Assembly (NCBI RefSeq): GCF_024223415.1
Contig: NZ_CP100500.1
Strand: one strand, 5' to 3'
Length of the DNA stretch: 64,000 nucleotides
Source of the DNA: Escherichia coli
GTDB taxonomy: Bacteria > Pseudomonadota > Gammaproteobacteria > Enterobacterales > Enterobacteriaceae
Under the pieces are notes generated by a model. The model searched no databases, had not been told where the DNA came from, and was given only the letters and a program-made list of their open reading frames with translations. Positions 1 to 12,697 of the stretch are shown in pieces. Position numbers and translations under genes: made by a program. Numbering within the stretch: the stretch's first letter is position 1; every line of letters starts with the position of its first letter.

Positions 1-1164
1 GCACTCGCGCGTAATGTTGCTCACTGATCAACGCCGTCATTGCGCGGCTGATCGACGCTTCAATATCGATAGCCGGATAGTGCCCGGCTTCCGCCAGTCG
101 GCGAGACAGCACAATGTGACCGTCGAGGATCGCCCGCGCGGAGTCTGCAATGGGGTCCTGCTGGTCATCGCCTTCGGTGAGCACGGTATAAAACGCGGTA
201 ATCGAGCCGCCGCCGCTAATTCCATTTCCGGCACGCTCGACCAGTGCCGGTAATTTGGCAAACACCGACGGTGGATAACCTTTAGTGGCAGGTGGTTCGC
301 CAATCGCCAGCGCAATTTCACGCTGGGCCATCGCGTAGCGGGTGAGGGAGTCCATAATCAGCAACACATGCTGACCACGATCGCGAAAATCTTCGGCAAT
401 TCGCGTGGCATAGGCGGCACCTTGCATTCGCAGAAGCGGAGAGACATCCGCCGGAGCGGCAATCACCACGGAGCGTGCACGTCCCTCGGCACCGAGGATA
501 TTCTCAATAAAATCTTTTACTTCGCGCCCACGTTCACCAATCAAACCCACGACAATGACATCGGCGCGGGTGTAACGGGCCATCATCCCCAGCAGCACAC
601 TTTTACCAACGCCAGACCCGGCAAACAGTCCCATACGCTGCCCACGCCCAACGGTAAGCAGGGCATTGATTGGGCGCACGCCGGTGTCCAGCACATGTTC
701 AATCGGTGTACGTTGCAACGGGTTAAATGGCGGGGTAATCAGCGCACCGGTTTCCGTCGTATCGGGGGAGGGGAGGCCATCGAGCGGTTTACCGCTGCCG
801 TCCAGAACACGACCTAATAACGCCGGACCGAGCGGTAACTGCTTGCCGCTTTGCAGCCCTTCTGCCGAAATGTTTTTGGCATAAACACGCGCGCCGGGCA
901 GGACACCTTCGACTTCCTCCAGCGGCATTAAAAACAGCCGTTGACCGTTAAAGCCAACGACTTCACTTTCTACTTCGTGCGTTTCAGTGCCGTTCTGGCG
1001 TTCAATGACACAGGTTGCGCCGAGCGGCAATTGTAATCCGGTGGCTTCCAGCACCAGCCCGGTAGCGCGGGTTAATCGCCCATAGCGACGTACCGCAGGC
1101 AACTGCGCCATTTTGGCTTCAAAGTTATCCAGCGTGGTTAGCCAGCGAGTCAGGCGCGTGGTCA

Positions 1165-1165
<1 letters not shown>
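1..1165 (-). CDS. fliI: Flagellum-specific ATP synthase FliI (partial; 3' end lies beyond window start)
   Basis: Minus-strand translation from ATG at 1165 reads [33 protein letters not shown]; start overlaps fliH stop; no stop within window. Confidence 0.9.
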
Positions 1166-4490
<3,325 letters not shown>

Positions 4491-4704
4491 CGCGCACCTC
4501 GTGGCTGATTATGGACGGCGTTATTGGCAAAGTGGAACAAGACTCACTCCCGGGTCAGCAAACTCGAAAAATTGACGCTGCCATTATTTGTGCTTTCGTT
4601 TTTTTCTATCCGCCAATAAACCCGTTTTTTTGTTGCTATTTAGCGCCTTTGTCTTATTGACTTACTGGTAGGCTTTGCTACCAGAAATTATCCAGGAGAC
4701 GAAA
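4491..4704. promoter_or_regulatory. Divergent fliE / fliFGHIJK control region (class 2, FlhD4C2-dependent promoters expected)
   Basis: Intergenic between divergent fliF and fliE; promoter motifs not individually resolved. Confidence 0.5.
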
Positions 4705-5019
4705 ATGTCAGCGATACAGGGGATTGAAGGGGTTATCAGCCAGTTACAGGCTACGGCGATGAGTGCGCGTGCACAGGATTCACTGCCGCAACCGACCATT
4801 AGTTTTGCCGGGCAGCTGCACGCCGCGCTCGATCGCATTAGCGATACACAAACAGCTGCCCGCACGCAGGCAGAAAAATTCACCCTCGGTGAACCCGGCG
4901 TGGCGTTAAACGATGTGATGACCGATATGCAAAAAGCCTCAGTTTCTATGCAAATGGGGATTCAGGTGCGTAATAAGCTGGTGGCCGCGTATCAGGAAGT
5001 GATGTCCATGCAGGTGTAG
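4705..5019 (+). CDS. fliE: Flagellar hook-basal body protein FliE (104 aa)
   Basis: ORF track 4675..5019; internal ATG gives [24 protein letters not shown]. Confidence 0.9.
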
Positions 5020-5352
5020 GTTTTGTAACCTGTTGTTAATTACTTCCAATCTCACCGCTTGGGGCATGGATGGGGCAAACTCACTCAATTTCTGGTTTAA
5101 AATGGATACCTGATCCTGAAAGTTTTCTGCCATCCACGATCCGTAAACGCGATAACATGTTTTGTCTTCGCTTTGCTCATAGGAAGAGTGAACTCTTTTG
5201 TTAGCCTGGGGTTCCTTCTGATCATTATTGTTCCTGCCTTTATCTCTTGCCACGCCAGAGCCCCCTGGATACACATACACCAGGATGAAAACGGTGAGTT
5301 GTGTTCAAACTGTAGTACAATTCTCTCCAGTATGAACAGGAAAGAATATGCT

Positions 5353-5685
5353 ATGAACCCTTATATTTATCTTGGTGGCGCAATACTTGCAGAGGTCATT
5401 GGTACAACCTTAATGAAGTTTTCAGAGGGGTTTACACGGTTATGGCCCTCTGTTGGCACAATTATTTGCTATTGTGCATCATTTTGGTTATTAGCTCAGA
5501 CACTGGCTTATATACCTACAGGGATTGCTTATGCTATCTGGTCAGGAGTCGGTATCGTTCTGATTAGTTTGCTTTCCTGGGGATTTTTTGGCCAACGACT
5601 GGACTTGCCAGCCATCATAGGCATGATGTTGATTTGTGCCGGTGTGTTAGTCATTAACTTGTTGTCACGAAGCGCACCGCATTAA
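5353..5685 (+). CDS. emrE: SMR-family multidrug efflux transporter, EmrE-like (110 aa)
   Basis: MNPYIYLGGAILAEVIGTTLMKFSEGFTRLWPSVGT... near-identical to recalled K-12 EmrE (2 substitutions near C-terminus); start taken from ORF track frame. Confidence 0.85.
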   Translation: MNPYIYLGGAILAEVIGTTLMKFSEGFTRLWPSVGTIICYCASFWLLAQTLAYIPTGIAYAIWSGVGIVLISLLSWGFFGQRLDLPAIIGMMLICAGVLVINLLSRSAPH

Positions 5686-5853
5686 AAAATAATCATCCTT
5701 GAGATAACAGGAATCTGATTTGTGCATATTATGGCTAATGTTCGGGGCAACTTTATAATTATGATTGCATTTGCGCGATCATTGCGCCTTTTTGCATAAT
5801 GAGATCAATGCACATCAAATAAAATAACGATAGGTCACAACAAAGAGGTTTTT

Positions 5854-6405
5854 ATGAAAAAACTTATCGTTTCAAGTGTATTGGCATTCATAACATTTTC
5901 TGCGCAGGCCGCAGCATTTCAGGTCACTAGTAATGAAATAAAAACAGGAGAGCAACTTACAACGTCTCATGTATTTTCTGGATTTGGGTGTGAGGGGGGT
6001 AATACATCGCCCTCATTAACCTGGTCTGGTGCTCCAGAAGGCACCAAAAGCTTTGCCGTAACTGTGTATGATCCAGATGCGCCTACAGGCAGCGGATGGT
6101 GGCACTGGACTGTTGCTAATATTCCAGCAACGGTAACATATTTGCCCGCTGATGCAGGAAGACGTGATGGTACAAAACTTCCGACTGGTGCTGTCCAAGG
6201 CCGAAATGATTTTGGTTATGCGGGATTTGGTGGAGCATGTCCTCCCAAAGGAGATAAACCCCATCATTACCAGTTTAAAATATGGGCTCTAAAAACTGAT
6301 AAGATTCCTGTGGATTCTAATTCCAGCGGAGCGTTAGTTGGTTATATGCTTAATGCCAATAAAATTGCAACCGCTGAGATAATACCCGTTTATGAGGTAA
6401 AGTAG
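5854..6405 (+). CDS. ybcL: Periplasmic PEBP/YbhB-YbcL family protein with signal peptide (183 aa)
   Basis: ORF track; N-terminal signal peptide MKKLIVSSVLAFITFSAQA; PEBP-type motifs (DPDAP, GxHHY). Confidence 0.75.
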   Translation: MKKLIVSSVLAFITFSAQAAAFQVTSNEIKTGEQLTTSHVFSGFGCEGGNTSPSLTWSGAPEGTKSFAVTVYDPDAPTGSGWWHWTVANIPATVTYLPADAGRRDGTKLPTGAVQGRNDFGYAGFGGACPPKGDKPHHYQFKIWALKTDKIPVDSNSSGALVGYMLNANKIATAEIIPVYEVK

Positions 6406-6414
6406 GATAAGAGT

Positions 6415-7212
6415 ATGCTGGCAAAAGATAGGACTAACCTAAAGATTGAAGAAATACGGATGCATAAACATCATGAGATTCACAGGGTTAAGCCTCTTAT
6501 GCCAGCTTTATGTCGTATCCGTCAGGGAAAAAAAATTATCAATTGGGAGACGCATAGTCTAACTGTTGATAATAATCAGATAATATTATTTCCCTGTGGA
6601 TATGAATTTTATATTGCGAATTACCCAGAAGCAGGTCTTTATCTTGCAGAAATGCTTTATTATCCCATTGATCTAATTGAAAAGTTCCAAAATCTTTATG
6701 CGATAACCGATCAAATTCGTAACACGACAGGTTTCTGCTTACCTCAGAATCCCGAGTTAATATATTGTTGGGAGCAACTAAAAACATCTATTTCCCGAGG
6801 CTTCTCAACGCAAATTCAGGAACACTTAGCAATGGGCGTTCTACTTTCATTAGGAGCACATCATGTTAATTGTTTACTTTTATCAGATAGTAAACAATCA
6901 TTAATAAGTCGTTGTTATAACCTAATGCTATCCGAACCTGGAACAAAATGGACAGCAAACAAGGTAGCGAGATATCTCTACATTTCTGTTTCCACATTGC
7001 ATCGCCGTCTGGCAAGCGAGGGAGTAAGTTTTCAAAGTATATTGGACGACGTGAGGTTAAATAATGCGTTGTCTGCTATACAAACGACAGTAAAACCCAT
7101 CAGCGAGATTGCCAGGGAAAATGGTTACAAGTGTCCTTCTCGTTTTACTGAAAGGTTCCATAATCGTTTTAAGATAACACCAAGAGAGCTAAGAAAAGCG
7201 TCCAGAGAGTAA
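6415..7212 (+). CDS. ybcM: AraC/XylS-family transcriptional regulator (265 aa), YbcM-like
   Basis: ORF track; C-terminal AraC-type HTH region ([27 protein letters not shown]...[19 protein letters not shown]). Confidence 0.7.
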   Translation: MLAKDRTNLKIEEIRMHKHHEIHRVKPLMPALCRIRQGKKIINWETHSLTVDNNQIILFPCGYEFYIANYPEAGLYLAEMLYYPIDLIEKFQNLYAITDQIRNTTGFCLPQNPELIYCWEQLKTSISRGFSTQIQEHLAMGVLLSLGAHHVNCLLLSDSKQSLISRCYNLMLSEPGTKWTANKVARYLYISVSTLHRRLASEGVSFQSILDDVRLNNALSAIQTTVKPISEIARENGYKCPSRFTERFHNRFKITPRELRKASRE

Positions 7213-7503
7213 AAGTATTTTATGAAGGAGCAACAGCATAGATTTTTATTTTGGAAAATAAATACGGCATACTCAACCTATTGGAGCCTGAACAATCCGG
7301 TGACTTCTGCGCTAATCGGGGACGTTTATAAGCACATATAATTGATACTATCTTCCTCCATCACAATTTCAGAAATGCACGTGTGATTTTTTTGCATCCG
7401 GCGTTTGGACTATGTGGAGTTCAAGAGTGGGAAAGTTACAAGAGGTTGAGGGGATAATTAAAGGGATGCTTATGACATTAGATATCCGGATAGGTACGGA
7501 TAT

Positions 7504-7543
7504 CGTTGTTATTAAATCTAGTTCGTTGTTATTAAATCTAGTT
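7504..7543. repeat. Perfect tandem direct repeat, 2 x 20 bp (cgttgttattaaatctagtt)
   Basis: Read directly in sequence within the AT-rich non-coding stretch. Confidence 0.85.
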
Positions 7544-8175
7544 TATACGTTAAGATGCAGCTACAGCAGAAATTGCCACTGTTAATTTTTTCATCGTGAG
7601 CCTTTTATTTGAACTATTATTTAAAAATGATGTCACTGCACTACAAATATTCATCCAATCAATGAGATTATTTCAAGATGTAAGTTTTAGTTTCTCATTT
7701 AAATTGTGAAGTAGATCCCTATCTTTATCTGAACTGTTTCTATTGCACACAATGCATGACTATTTTGTGAACGAATATAAATTTGGTAGTTAAATTATAT
7801 TAAAGGTTGTTATTTATGATTGACTCATAATTTATTTATTTAATTTAAATAGCCTAGAAATAACCATGGAAATTATTTGCATGATGTTTGTTTAGATTTA
7901 TTAATGTAATTGAGGTGGTTTTATTTAATACGCAATATAGCGCCGCTTGATATTAGTTCTATTTTTTTTGCGTAAGATAGATGAGACAAACTGAGACGCA
8001 TAATGGTTTGCAAGGCTCTAATACTTTGATGTTGAGGATGTGATGGGGCATGTACGGGGCATAGTACAATGATGTCCATGCTGGTGTAGATAATCTCCAG
8101 GCTTATCCGGTGCGCCGTAAAACCCCGTCCTTCAGGGCAGGGATATAAGGCGTGGTTTTCCACCTGACCAGGTGT

Positions 8176-8595
8176 TTGCTGTTGTTCAATGTATTGGCGG
8201 ATGACGGATATTGGCGCACCTCCGCAGCTACTGGCAAAATAGCCAGGACTCCACAAAACGCCTTTGTAGTAATACCTGACTGCAATATCTGGTCGATCTC
8301 GTCGCAGTCACCTACCCGATACGCCTTTGAGGCTGTTTACCAGACTGGATATCGCCAGTTTGGGAGGATAGTTAATTAACAAATGGACGTGATCTGGTTC
8401 GCCATCCATTTCAACCAGTTCAGCTTCAAAATCAGCACATACATTTGAAAAGTAAGTGCGTAGTTTTTCTGTCGCGTCATGGTCAAAAATCTGACGTCGG
8501 TATCTGGTGACAAAGACCAGGTGAACATGCATCAGGAAAACACAATGCCTTCCACGCCGGATATCGGTTTCTTTTTTCACAGACCAAAGTATCAT
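8176..8595 (-). pseudogene. tnpA: IS200/IS605 Y1 transposase TnpA, disrupted (split over two frames)
   Basis: ORF 8308..8595 carries the HVHLL HuH motif; conserved WSPGYFASSCGGAPISVIRQYIEQQ is in another frame (ORF 7921..8256) and reads through without a nearby stop. Confidence 0.7.
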
Positions 8596-8602
8596 TTGGC
8601 CT

Positions 8603-9811
8603 GTGAAACGACTACAAGCATTTAAATTCCAGTTAAGACCCGGTGGTCAACAGGAGCGTGAAATGAGGCGCTTCGCAGGCGCATGTCGTTTCGTTTTCAA
8701 TCGTGCTCTGGCACGTCAGAATGAGAATCATGAGGTCGGTAATAAATACATCCCTTACGGGAAAATGGCTTCCTGGCTGGTTGAGTGGAAAAATGCCACT
8801 GAAACGCAATGGCTTAAAGATGCCCCGTCACAGCCATTGCAACAGTCACTGAAAGACCTTGAGCGGGCTTACAAAAACTTCTTCCAGAATCGGGCTGCTT
8901 TTCCCCGATTCAAAAAGCGGGGACAGAATGATGTATTCCGCTACCCGCAGGGCGTTAAGCTCGATCAGGAAAACAGCCGTATTTTTCTGCCGAAACTGGG
9001 CTGGATGCGCTACCGGAACAGCCGTCAGGTCACGGGTGTTGTGAAAAATGTCACTGTCAGCCAGTCCTGCGGTAAGTGGTACATCAGTATTCAGACAGAA
9101 AGTGAAGTATCAACTCCGGTTCACCCTTCAGCATCAATGGTCGGGCTGGATGCTGGCGTGGCTAAACTCGCCACGCTGTCAGATGGCACAGTCTTTGAGC
9201 CTGTAAACAGTTTTCAGAAAAACCAGAAGAAGCTGGCGAGACTTCAGCGACAGTTAAGCCGCAAGGTCAAATTCAGCAACAACTGGCAGAAGCAGAAACG
9301 CAAAATACAGCGACTGCATTCCTGTATCGCAAATATCCGCAGGGACTACCTTCACAAAGTCACAACGACCGTCAGCAAAAACCACGCAATGATAGTCATT
9401 GAGGATTTGAAGGTCAGCAACATGTCAAAGTCAGCAGCGGGTACGGTCAGCCAGCCGGGGCGCAATGTCCGGGCAAAATCAGGTTTAAACCGTTCGATAC
9501 TGGATCAGGGCTGGTATGAAATGCGCCGCCAGCTTGAGTACAAGCAGCTCTGGCGTGGCGGTCAGGTGCTTGCTGTTCCGCCAGCGTACACAAGCCAGCG
9601 TTGCGCGTGCTGTGGTCATACAGAGAAAGAAAACCGCCTGTCACAAAGTAAATTCAGATGCCAGGTATGTGGATATACAGCGAACGCCGATGTAAATGGC
9701 GCTCGTAACATTTTAGCGGCGGGGCACGCCGTTCTTGCCTGTGGAGAGATGGTGCAGTCAGGCCGCCCGTTGAAGCAGGAACCCACCGAAATGATTCAGG
9801 CGACAGCCTGA
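8603..9811 (+). CDS. tnpB: TnpB (IS605 OrfB family) RuvC-like RNA-guided endonuclease (402 aa), apparently intact
   Basis: ORF track; N-terminal [13 protein letters not shown]; Ruv[19 protein letters not shown], RuvC-II IEDLKV, zinc finger CACCGH...CQVCG, Ruv[13 protein letters not shown]. Confidence 0.9.
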   Translation: MKRLQAFKFQLRPGGQQEREMRRFAGACRFVFNRALARQNENHEVGNKYIPYGKMASWLVEWKNATETQWLKDAPSQPLQQSLKDLERAYKNFFQNRAAFPRFKKRGQNDVFRYPQGVKLDQENSRIFLPKLGWMRYRNSRQVTGVVKNVTVSQSCGKWYISIQTESEVSTPVHPSASMVGLDAGVAKLATLSDGTVFEPVNSFQKNQKKLARLQRQLSRKVKFSNNWQKQKRKIQRLHSCIANIRRDYLHKVTTTVSKNHAMIVIEDLKVSNMSKSAAGTVSQPGRNVRAKSGLNRSILDQGWYEMRRQLEYKQLWRGGQVLAVPPAYTSQRCACCGHTEKENRLSQSKFRCQVCGYTANADVNGARNILAAGHAVLACGEMVQSGRPLKQEPTEMIQATA

Positions 9812-9850
9812 ACGTAGCAGGGATCCTCGTCCTTCAGGGCGTGGAGGATG

Positions 9851-10522
9851 TCAACAAACAGGTTGAATTAACTCCGCGCCCTGGTTTTTGACATTACCTA
9901 CCGCGCGCGATACCGGGTGCCAGGTGAACTGGTTTGCTGGCACACAGCCGTTGGTAGCAATTTCTGATGCTTCTTTACCGCCAATCTCTTGCCGCATCCA
10001 TTCCTGTGCAGCTTCTGGCGACAGAACCAGCGGGCGGCGGTCATGAATATCTACCAGACCCTGGTCTGCTGCTGCAGTGACAATTAAAAATCCTTCGGCT
10101 TCGTCACCGCGCTCAAACGGTGTGCTACCTATCGCGGCCATAAAAACAGGTTGTCCATCAGCGCGATAGATAAAATAAGGCTGTTTTTTGTCGCCTTCTT
10201 TTTTCCACTCAAACCAGCCATCGGCAAAACAGATTGCCCGACCATGTTGCCAGAGCGGTTTAAACATACGACTGGTGGCCGCAGTTTCTACGCGGGCGTT
10301 AATCAGCGGCGGTTTATCCCACCATCCGGGAGCATATCCCCAGAAAACCGGATCCAGATGAAGGTGTTCATCACGTTCACTGAGCAGAAGAACTTTGGTT
10401 CCCGGCGCGACGTTGTATCTGCCAATGGGTTCGGGATCGTAGGGAATATCGCGTTCAATATCTTCCGCGAGAAGCGCAAGGTAATCTTCACGCGTTTGGG
10501 ATTGGGCAAAGCGTCCACACAT
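9851..10522 (-). CDS. yedK: SOS-response-associated peptidase (SRAP) YedK, abasic-site processing protein
   Basis: ORF track; MCGRFAQSQTREDYLALL with the catalytic Cys2 start typical of SRAP proteins. Confidence 0.9.
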   Translation of the reverse strand: MCGRFAQSQTREDYLALLAEDIERDIPYDPEPIGRYNVAPGTKVLLLSERDEHLHLDPVFWGYAPGWWDKPPLINARVETAATSRMFKPLWQHGRAICFADGWFEWKKEGDKKQPYFIYRADGQPVFMAAIGSTPFERGDEAEGFLIVTAAADQGLVDIHDRRPLVLSPEAAQEWMRQEIGGKEASEIATNGCVPANQFTWHPVSRAVGNVKNQGAELIQPVC

Positions 10523-10628
10523 AGAAACCTCCTGAGATCATACTGAAAAGAATAGGAGAGGGGGCGGGTAAAATCTATGTGTCAGAGGCAACGATGTTCC
10601 CGCTGTGGGCCACAGCGGGAATGAGGGA

Positions 10629-10862
10629 TTACTTCTGAATTAAATAACGAATGGTCGGCCCGTCTTGCTGAATATCCAGCACCGTATAGCCGTGATTACG
10701 CGCATCCAGTGGAATATTATTGATCGACTGTGGACAGTCGCTCACCACTTCCAGGATTTCCCCTTTTTTTAACTGCGGCATCGCCTCAAGAGTTGCGACT
10801 GCCGGATAAGGGCAGGGTTCACCCACCATATCAAGGCGGTAATCAGGAACGATATTTTTCAT
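10629..10862 (-). CDS. yedF: TusA-like sulfurtransferase family protein YedF (77 aa)
   Basis: ORF track; CPYP motif (MVGEPCPYPAV). Confidence 0.9.
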   Translation of the reverse strand: MKNIVPDYRLDMVGEPCPYPAVATLEAMPQLKKGEILEVVSDCPQSINNIPLDARNHGYTVLDIQQDGPTIRYLIQK

Positions 10863-12064
10863 GCGATCTCCTTAGCAGTCTGCGGTGCCGCACGGCGGAA
10901 GAAGCGTTTTTCCCAGCCGATAATCAACATCAGCGCAGTAAACAACAGCAAATATGTCACCAGCAGGCCACCCATCGGGCCAAAGGTTTTCAGCAGGTTG
11001 ATTTTGTCCCAGTCGGTGGCCAGCGCCGGAGCGAAATCATCCCAGTAATACGCCAGAATCGTCGAGCCGATCACATTGCCCAGACCGACCCACCAGTAGT
11101 GCACCTGGCCTTCTACCGCGCGGTACATCCAGCCGGTTTCGCAGCCGCCTGCCAGCACGATGCCAAAACCAAACAGTAAACCACCAATTACCGCGTTTGG
11201 TCCCGCCCACATGATTTTGGGTTCAACGCCTAACTGTACGTAACTGAAGATCCCGATGGCACTCACCGCCATACCGATAATGATTGCTTTCGCCATATGG
11301 GTACGTCCGGTGATCCACATATCGCGGAACGCCGAAGTAAAGCAGATTTGCGCACGTTCAATCAGTAAACCAAAGCCGACGCCAAACAGCATTGCCAGCC
11401 CCAGTTTGGGTTGGTTCATCGCCGTGAGCAGCGCCCAGCCCAGCATGCCGAAAAAGACCAGCATCCCGAGACGAAAACGACGCCGCGCCTGATCCGGTTT
11501 TTGCGTCAGCGGTGAGGCGGCAGAAACTTTCTGCATTTTCACGGGAATACGGAAGATGGGCAGCAGGGTAAAGCGCGCGCCAAACCATGAACCAATGGCC
11601 GTGGCGATGGCAAAGAACCAGGCATGCAGCGAGAACTGAGGAATGCCGGTAAAGAACGCCGCCAGGTTACAGCCCATTGCCAGACGCGCGCCAAAACCGG
11701 CGATAATGCCGCCAATAATGGCCTGCATAATGCGGATACGGCTGCGCGGCATGCGCAGTTTGACATTGTTGGCCCACAGCGCTGCGGCAAAGCAGCCGCC
11801 AAACATGCCGAGGATCATCATCCCGTCGATGCGGGTTAATGGCGATCCTTCCAGATGGATAATTTTAAAATAACCCCACTCTTCAGCATGGACGCCAAAC
11901 AGCTGCAGGAGCTGACCGCCCCAACGGGTAAATTCACCCGTGACAGCCCAAAAGGTGCCAGTAATGCCAAAATAGTAAGTGGAGAGAATACCCGCCGCGA
12001 TGACCGCAGGGATGGGTGCCCAGAATTTAATCAACCAGGCGTGTTTGAATTGCTGCCATGACAT
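10859..12064 (-). CDS. yedE: Inner-membrane selenium/sulfur-compound transporter family protein YedE (401 aa)
   Basis: ORF track; polytopic membrane protein; overlaps yedF start by 4 nt. Confidence 0.9.
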   Translation of the reverse strand: MSWQQFKHAWLIKFWAPIPAVIAAGILSTYYFGITGTFWAVTGEFTRWGGQLLQLFGVHAEEWGYFKIIHLEGSPLTRIDGMMILGMFGGCFAAALWANNVKLRMPRSRIRIMQAIIGGIIAGFGARLAMGCNLAAFFTGIPQFSLHAWFFAIATAIGSWFGARFTLLPIFRIPVKMQKVSAASPLTQKPDQARRRFRLGMLVFFGMLGWALLTAMNQPKLGLAMLFGVGFGLLIERAQICFTSAFRDMWITGRTHMAKAIIIGMAVSAIGIFSYVQLGVEPKIMWAGPNAVIGGLLFGFGIVLAGGCETGWMYRAVEGQVHYWWVGLGNVIGSTILAYYWDDFAPALATDWDKINLLKTFGPMGGLLVTYLLLFTALMLIIGWEKRFFRRAAPQTAKEIA

Positions 12065-12247
12065 GAATGTAGCCTCTGAACTCAGAAGGTTTGAAACAAG
12101 AATCGCGAATCATACATCATGCAAATTTATTTTCGGGGTAATAATTCACAAAAATAATAGTTAGATCAAATTTCTCTCTGAACCTGGAAAGGCTGGCGAT
12201 ATCAGGGCTTTAATGCCACAATCCTCTTTTCTTCTCATGCAGGACGA

Positions 12248-12664
12248 ATGATGAAAAAACTCGCAATTGCAGGCGCGCTCATGTTGCTGGCGGGCTGTGC
12301 CGAAGTCGAAAACTATAACAATGTCGTGAAAACCCCCGCGCCGGACTGGCTGGCGGGCTACTGGCAGACCAAAGGGCCGCAACGTGCGCTGGTCAGTCCG
12401 GAAGCGATAGGCAGCCTGATTGTCACTAAAGAGGGCGATACCCTGGATTGCCGTCAGTGGCAGCGGGTGATTGCCGTGCCGGGCAAGTTGACATTGATGT
12501 CTGATGATCTCACTAACGTTACCGTAAAACGTGAGCTGTACGAGGTTGAGCGTGACGGTAACACCATTGAGTACGATGGTATGACGATGGAGCGTGTGGA
12601 TCGCCCGACGGCAGAGTGTGCCGCCGCGCTGGATAAAGCGCCGTTACCGACGCCACTGCCGTAA
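12248..12664 (+). CDS. yedD: Lipoprotein YedD
   Basis: ORF track; lipobox LLAGC in signal peptide. Confidence 0.85.
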   Translation: MMKKLAIAGALMLLAGCAEVENYNNVVKTPAPDWLAGYWQTKGPQRALVSPEAIGSLIVTKEGDTLDCRQWQRVIAVPGKLTLMSDDLTNVTVKRELYEVERDGNTIEYDGMTMERVDRPTAECAAALDKAPLPTPLP

Positions 12665-12671
12665 TGAAATC

Positions 12672-12691
12672 TCCCCGGCTTGCCGCCGGGG
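12672..12691. terminator. Bidirectional hairpin between convergent yedD and amyA
   Basis: tccccggc-ttgc-gccgggga inverted repeat. Confidence 0.55.
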
Positions 12692-12697
12692 ATGAAT

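Larger units (their letters stand above)
8040..9850. mobile_element. IS200/IS605-family insertion sequence (divergent tnpA/tnpB); boundaries approximate
   Basis: TnpA(Y1)-like and TnpB ORFs; similar subterminal motif cgtccttcagggc near both ends (about 8130 and 9828). Confidence 0.6.

Noticed and set aside
4939-5280. 113-aa minus-strand ORF overlapping the 3' end of fliE
   Set aside because: Overlaps fliE in antisense and has no recognizable motifs; could be a remnant of whatever originally flanked fliE, but not supportable as a gene.
5340-5402. Apparent frame break inside emrE on manual base counting
   Set aside because: The supplied ORF track gives one continuous frame (5173..5685) with a translation matching EmrE throughout, so I attribute the discrepancy to my own counting at a line junction and treat emrE as intact.
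7504-7543. Possible CRISPR array
   Set aside because: Only two directly adjacent 20-bp repeat units with no spacer and no cas genes nearby; this is a tandem duplication, not CRISPR.
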